Source: an uncultured Chloroflexia bacterium
GTDB lineage: Bacteria; Chloroflexota; Anaerolineae; JAAYZQ01
Direction: 5' to 3'
Length of the DNA: 64,000 nt
NCBI GenBank assembly: GCA_963700285.1
Contig: CAVOXA010000010.1
Location: forward strand, 640,001-704,000
The notes under the pieces were generated by a model. The model ran no database searches, was not told where the DNA came from, and saw nothing but the letters and a program-made list of their open reading frames with translations. Below, piece after piece: positions 63,332 to 64,000 of the stretch (position 1 is its first letter; each line of letters begins with the position of its first letter). The translations under genes were made by a program, and so were the position numbers.

Positions 63332-64000
63332 TTAACCCCTTGCGCCTCGTAACCACGAGACCGACGATCGCCAGACATGGAATTCGGCGATCCCCCAGCT
63401 GAACTGCTCAGAAGCCCTGGTGGTTCTTACGCGGATCTGGCTTGCCAGCTTGGATGGGAACTGAACATCCACCTCGCCCCAGTTGTCATTACTCTGTCCC
63501 ACTGGCTCCCACGCCTGACCGTCGGGAGAGATCTCGACGACAAAGCCCCGGGGCAACTCGTTATTGGGGTGCTCCAAGGTCACCCGTTCTATGCGACGCG
63601 GGCTGCCCATGTCGACCACAAACCACATCTCTGGTTTCTGCTTGACCGCTCGCGTGCTCCAACTGGTTGACAGTCGCGCGTCGATCGCTCTGTACGCGTC
63701 TTTGCTATAGTGACTGGCCTGAGCCCCAATCCAAGGTCGCGTTGCACTGACAGCAATCTCGCTGATCATCCAAGTAGCCGGCCAATCAGGCTGCCCCGTT
63801 TGCTCCACGCGCAGATAGCGGGCGCCGACCGGTGCAAAGGCCACATCGATGTCGGTCCAATTCTGGGCTTGTTCGGCCACCAGACGCCAGTTGCGGCCGT
63901 CTTCTGATAGTCTGACCCGGTAGCCGACGGGAAAACCCCGGCCGGGACTGGAAACCCTGGCCCGATCCAGAACCAACACCTGACCCAAGTCGAGCTGAAA
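63332..64000 (-). CDS. Tandem discoidin (F5/8 type C) domain protein; 5'-partial
   Basis: SEDGRNW, ARYLRVE, AIDARLSTSWST, WFVVDMG, PRGFVVEISPDGQAW, WGIAEF. Confidence 0.8.
   Translation of the reverse strand, partial: FQLDLGQVLVLDRARVSSPGRGFPVGYRVRLSEDGRNWRLVAEQAQNWTDIDVAFAPVGARYLRVEQTGQPDWPATWMISEIAVSATRPWIGAQASHYSKDAYRAIDARLSTSWSTRAVKQKPEMWFVVDMGSPRRIERVTLEHPNNELPRGFVVEISPDGQAWEPVGQSNDNWGEVDVQFPSKLASQIRVRTTRASEQFSWGIAEFHVWRSSVSWLRGARG

Overview
Bacterial chromosomal segment, most likely Chloroflexota (Anaerolineae-like; inferred from gene content, not from a marker tree). The left ~15 kb is an accessory zone downstream of metG. It holds two extra copies of the metG 3' end, a mazEF-type TA pair, several truncated genes and a MacB-type exporter. 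A complete group IIC intron sits between a terminator and the metG RBS, behind a leader that looks like a Met-sensing leader-peptide attenuator. The 16-26 kb region is an uncharacterised cluster of glycosyltransferases, two SPASM radical SAM enzymes and a pentaheme cytochrome lipoprotein. The 26-39 kb region holds metabolic and hypothetical genes plus fmt. The 39-50 kb region is core (tRNA-Tyr, rlmB, cysS, PIN/TRAM, radA, clpC, rpsA). The 51-64 kb region carries an amidinotransferase plus arginine-synthetase-like pair divergent from gabT and a larA-family gene, tRNA-Pro, a PdtaS/PdtaR-like ANTAR two-component system and envelope genes. Several frameshifts (metG, pdtaS/R, gabT) may be sequencing errors. 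All family calls come from motif recognition by eye; no database searches were run.
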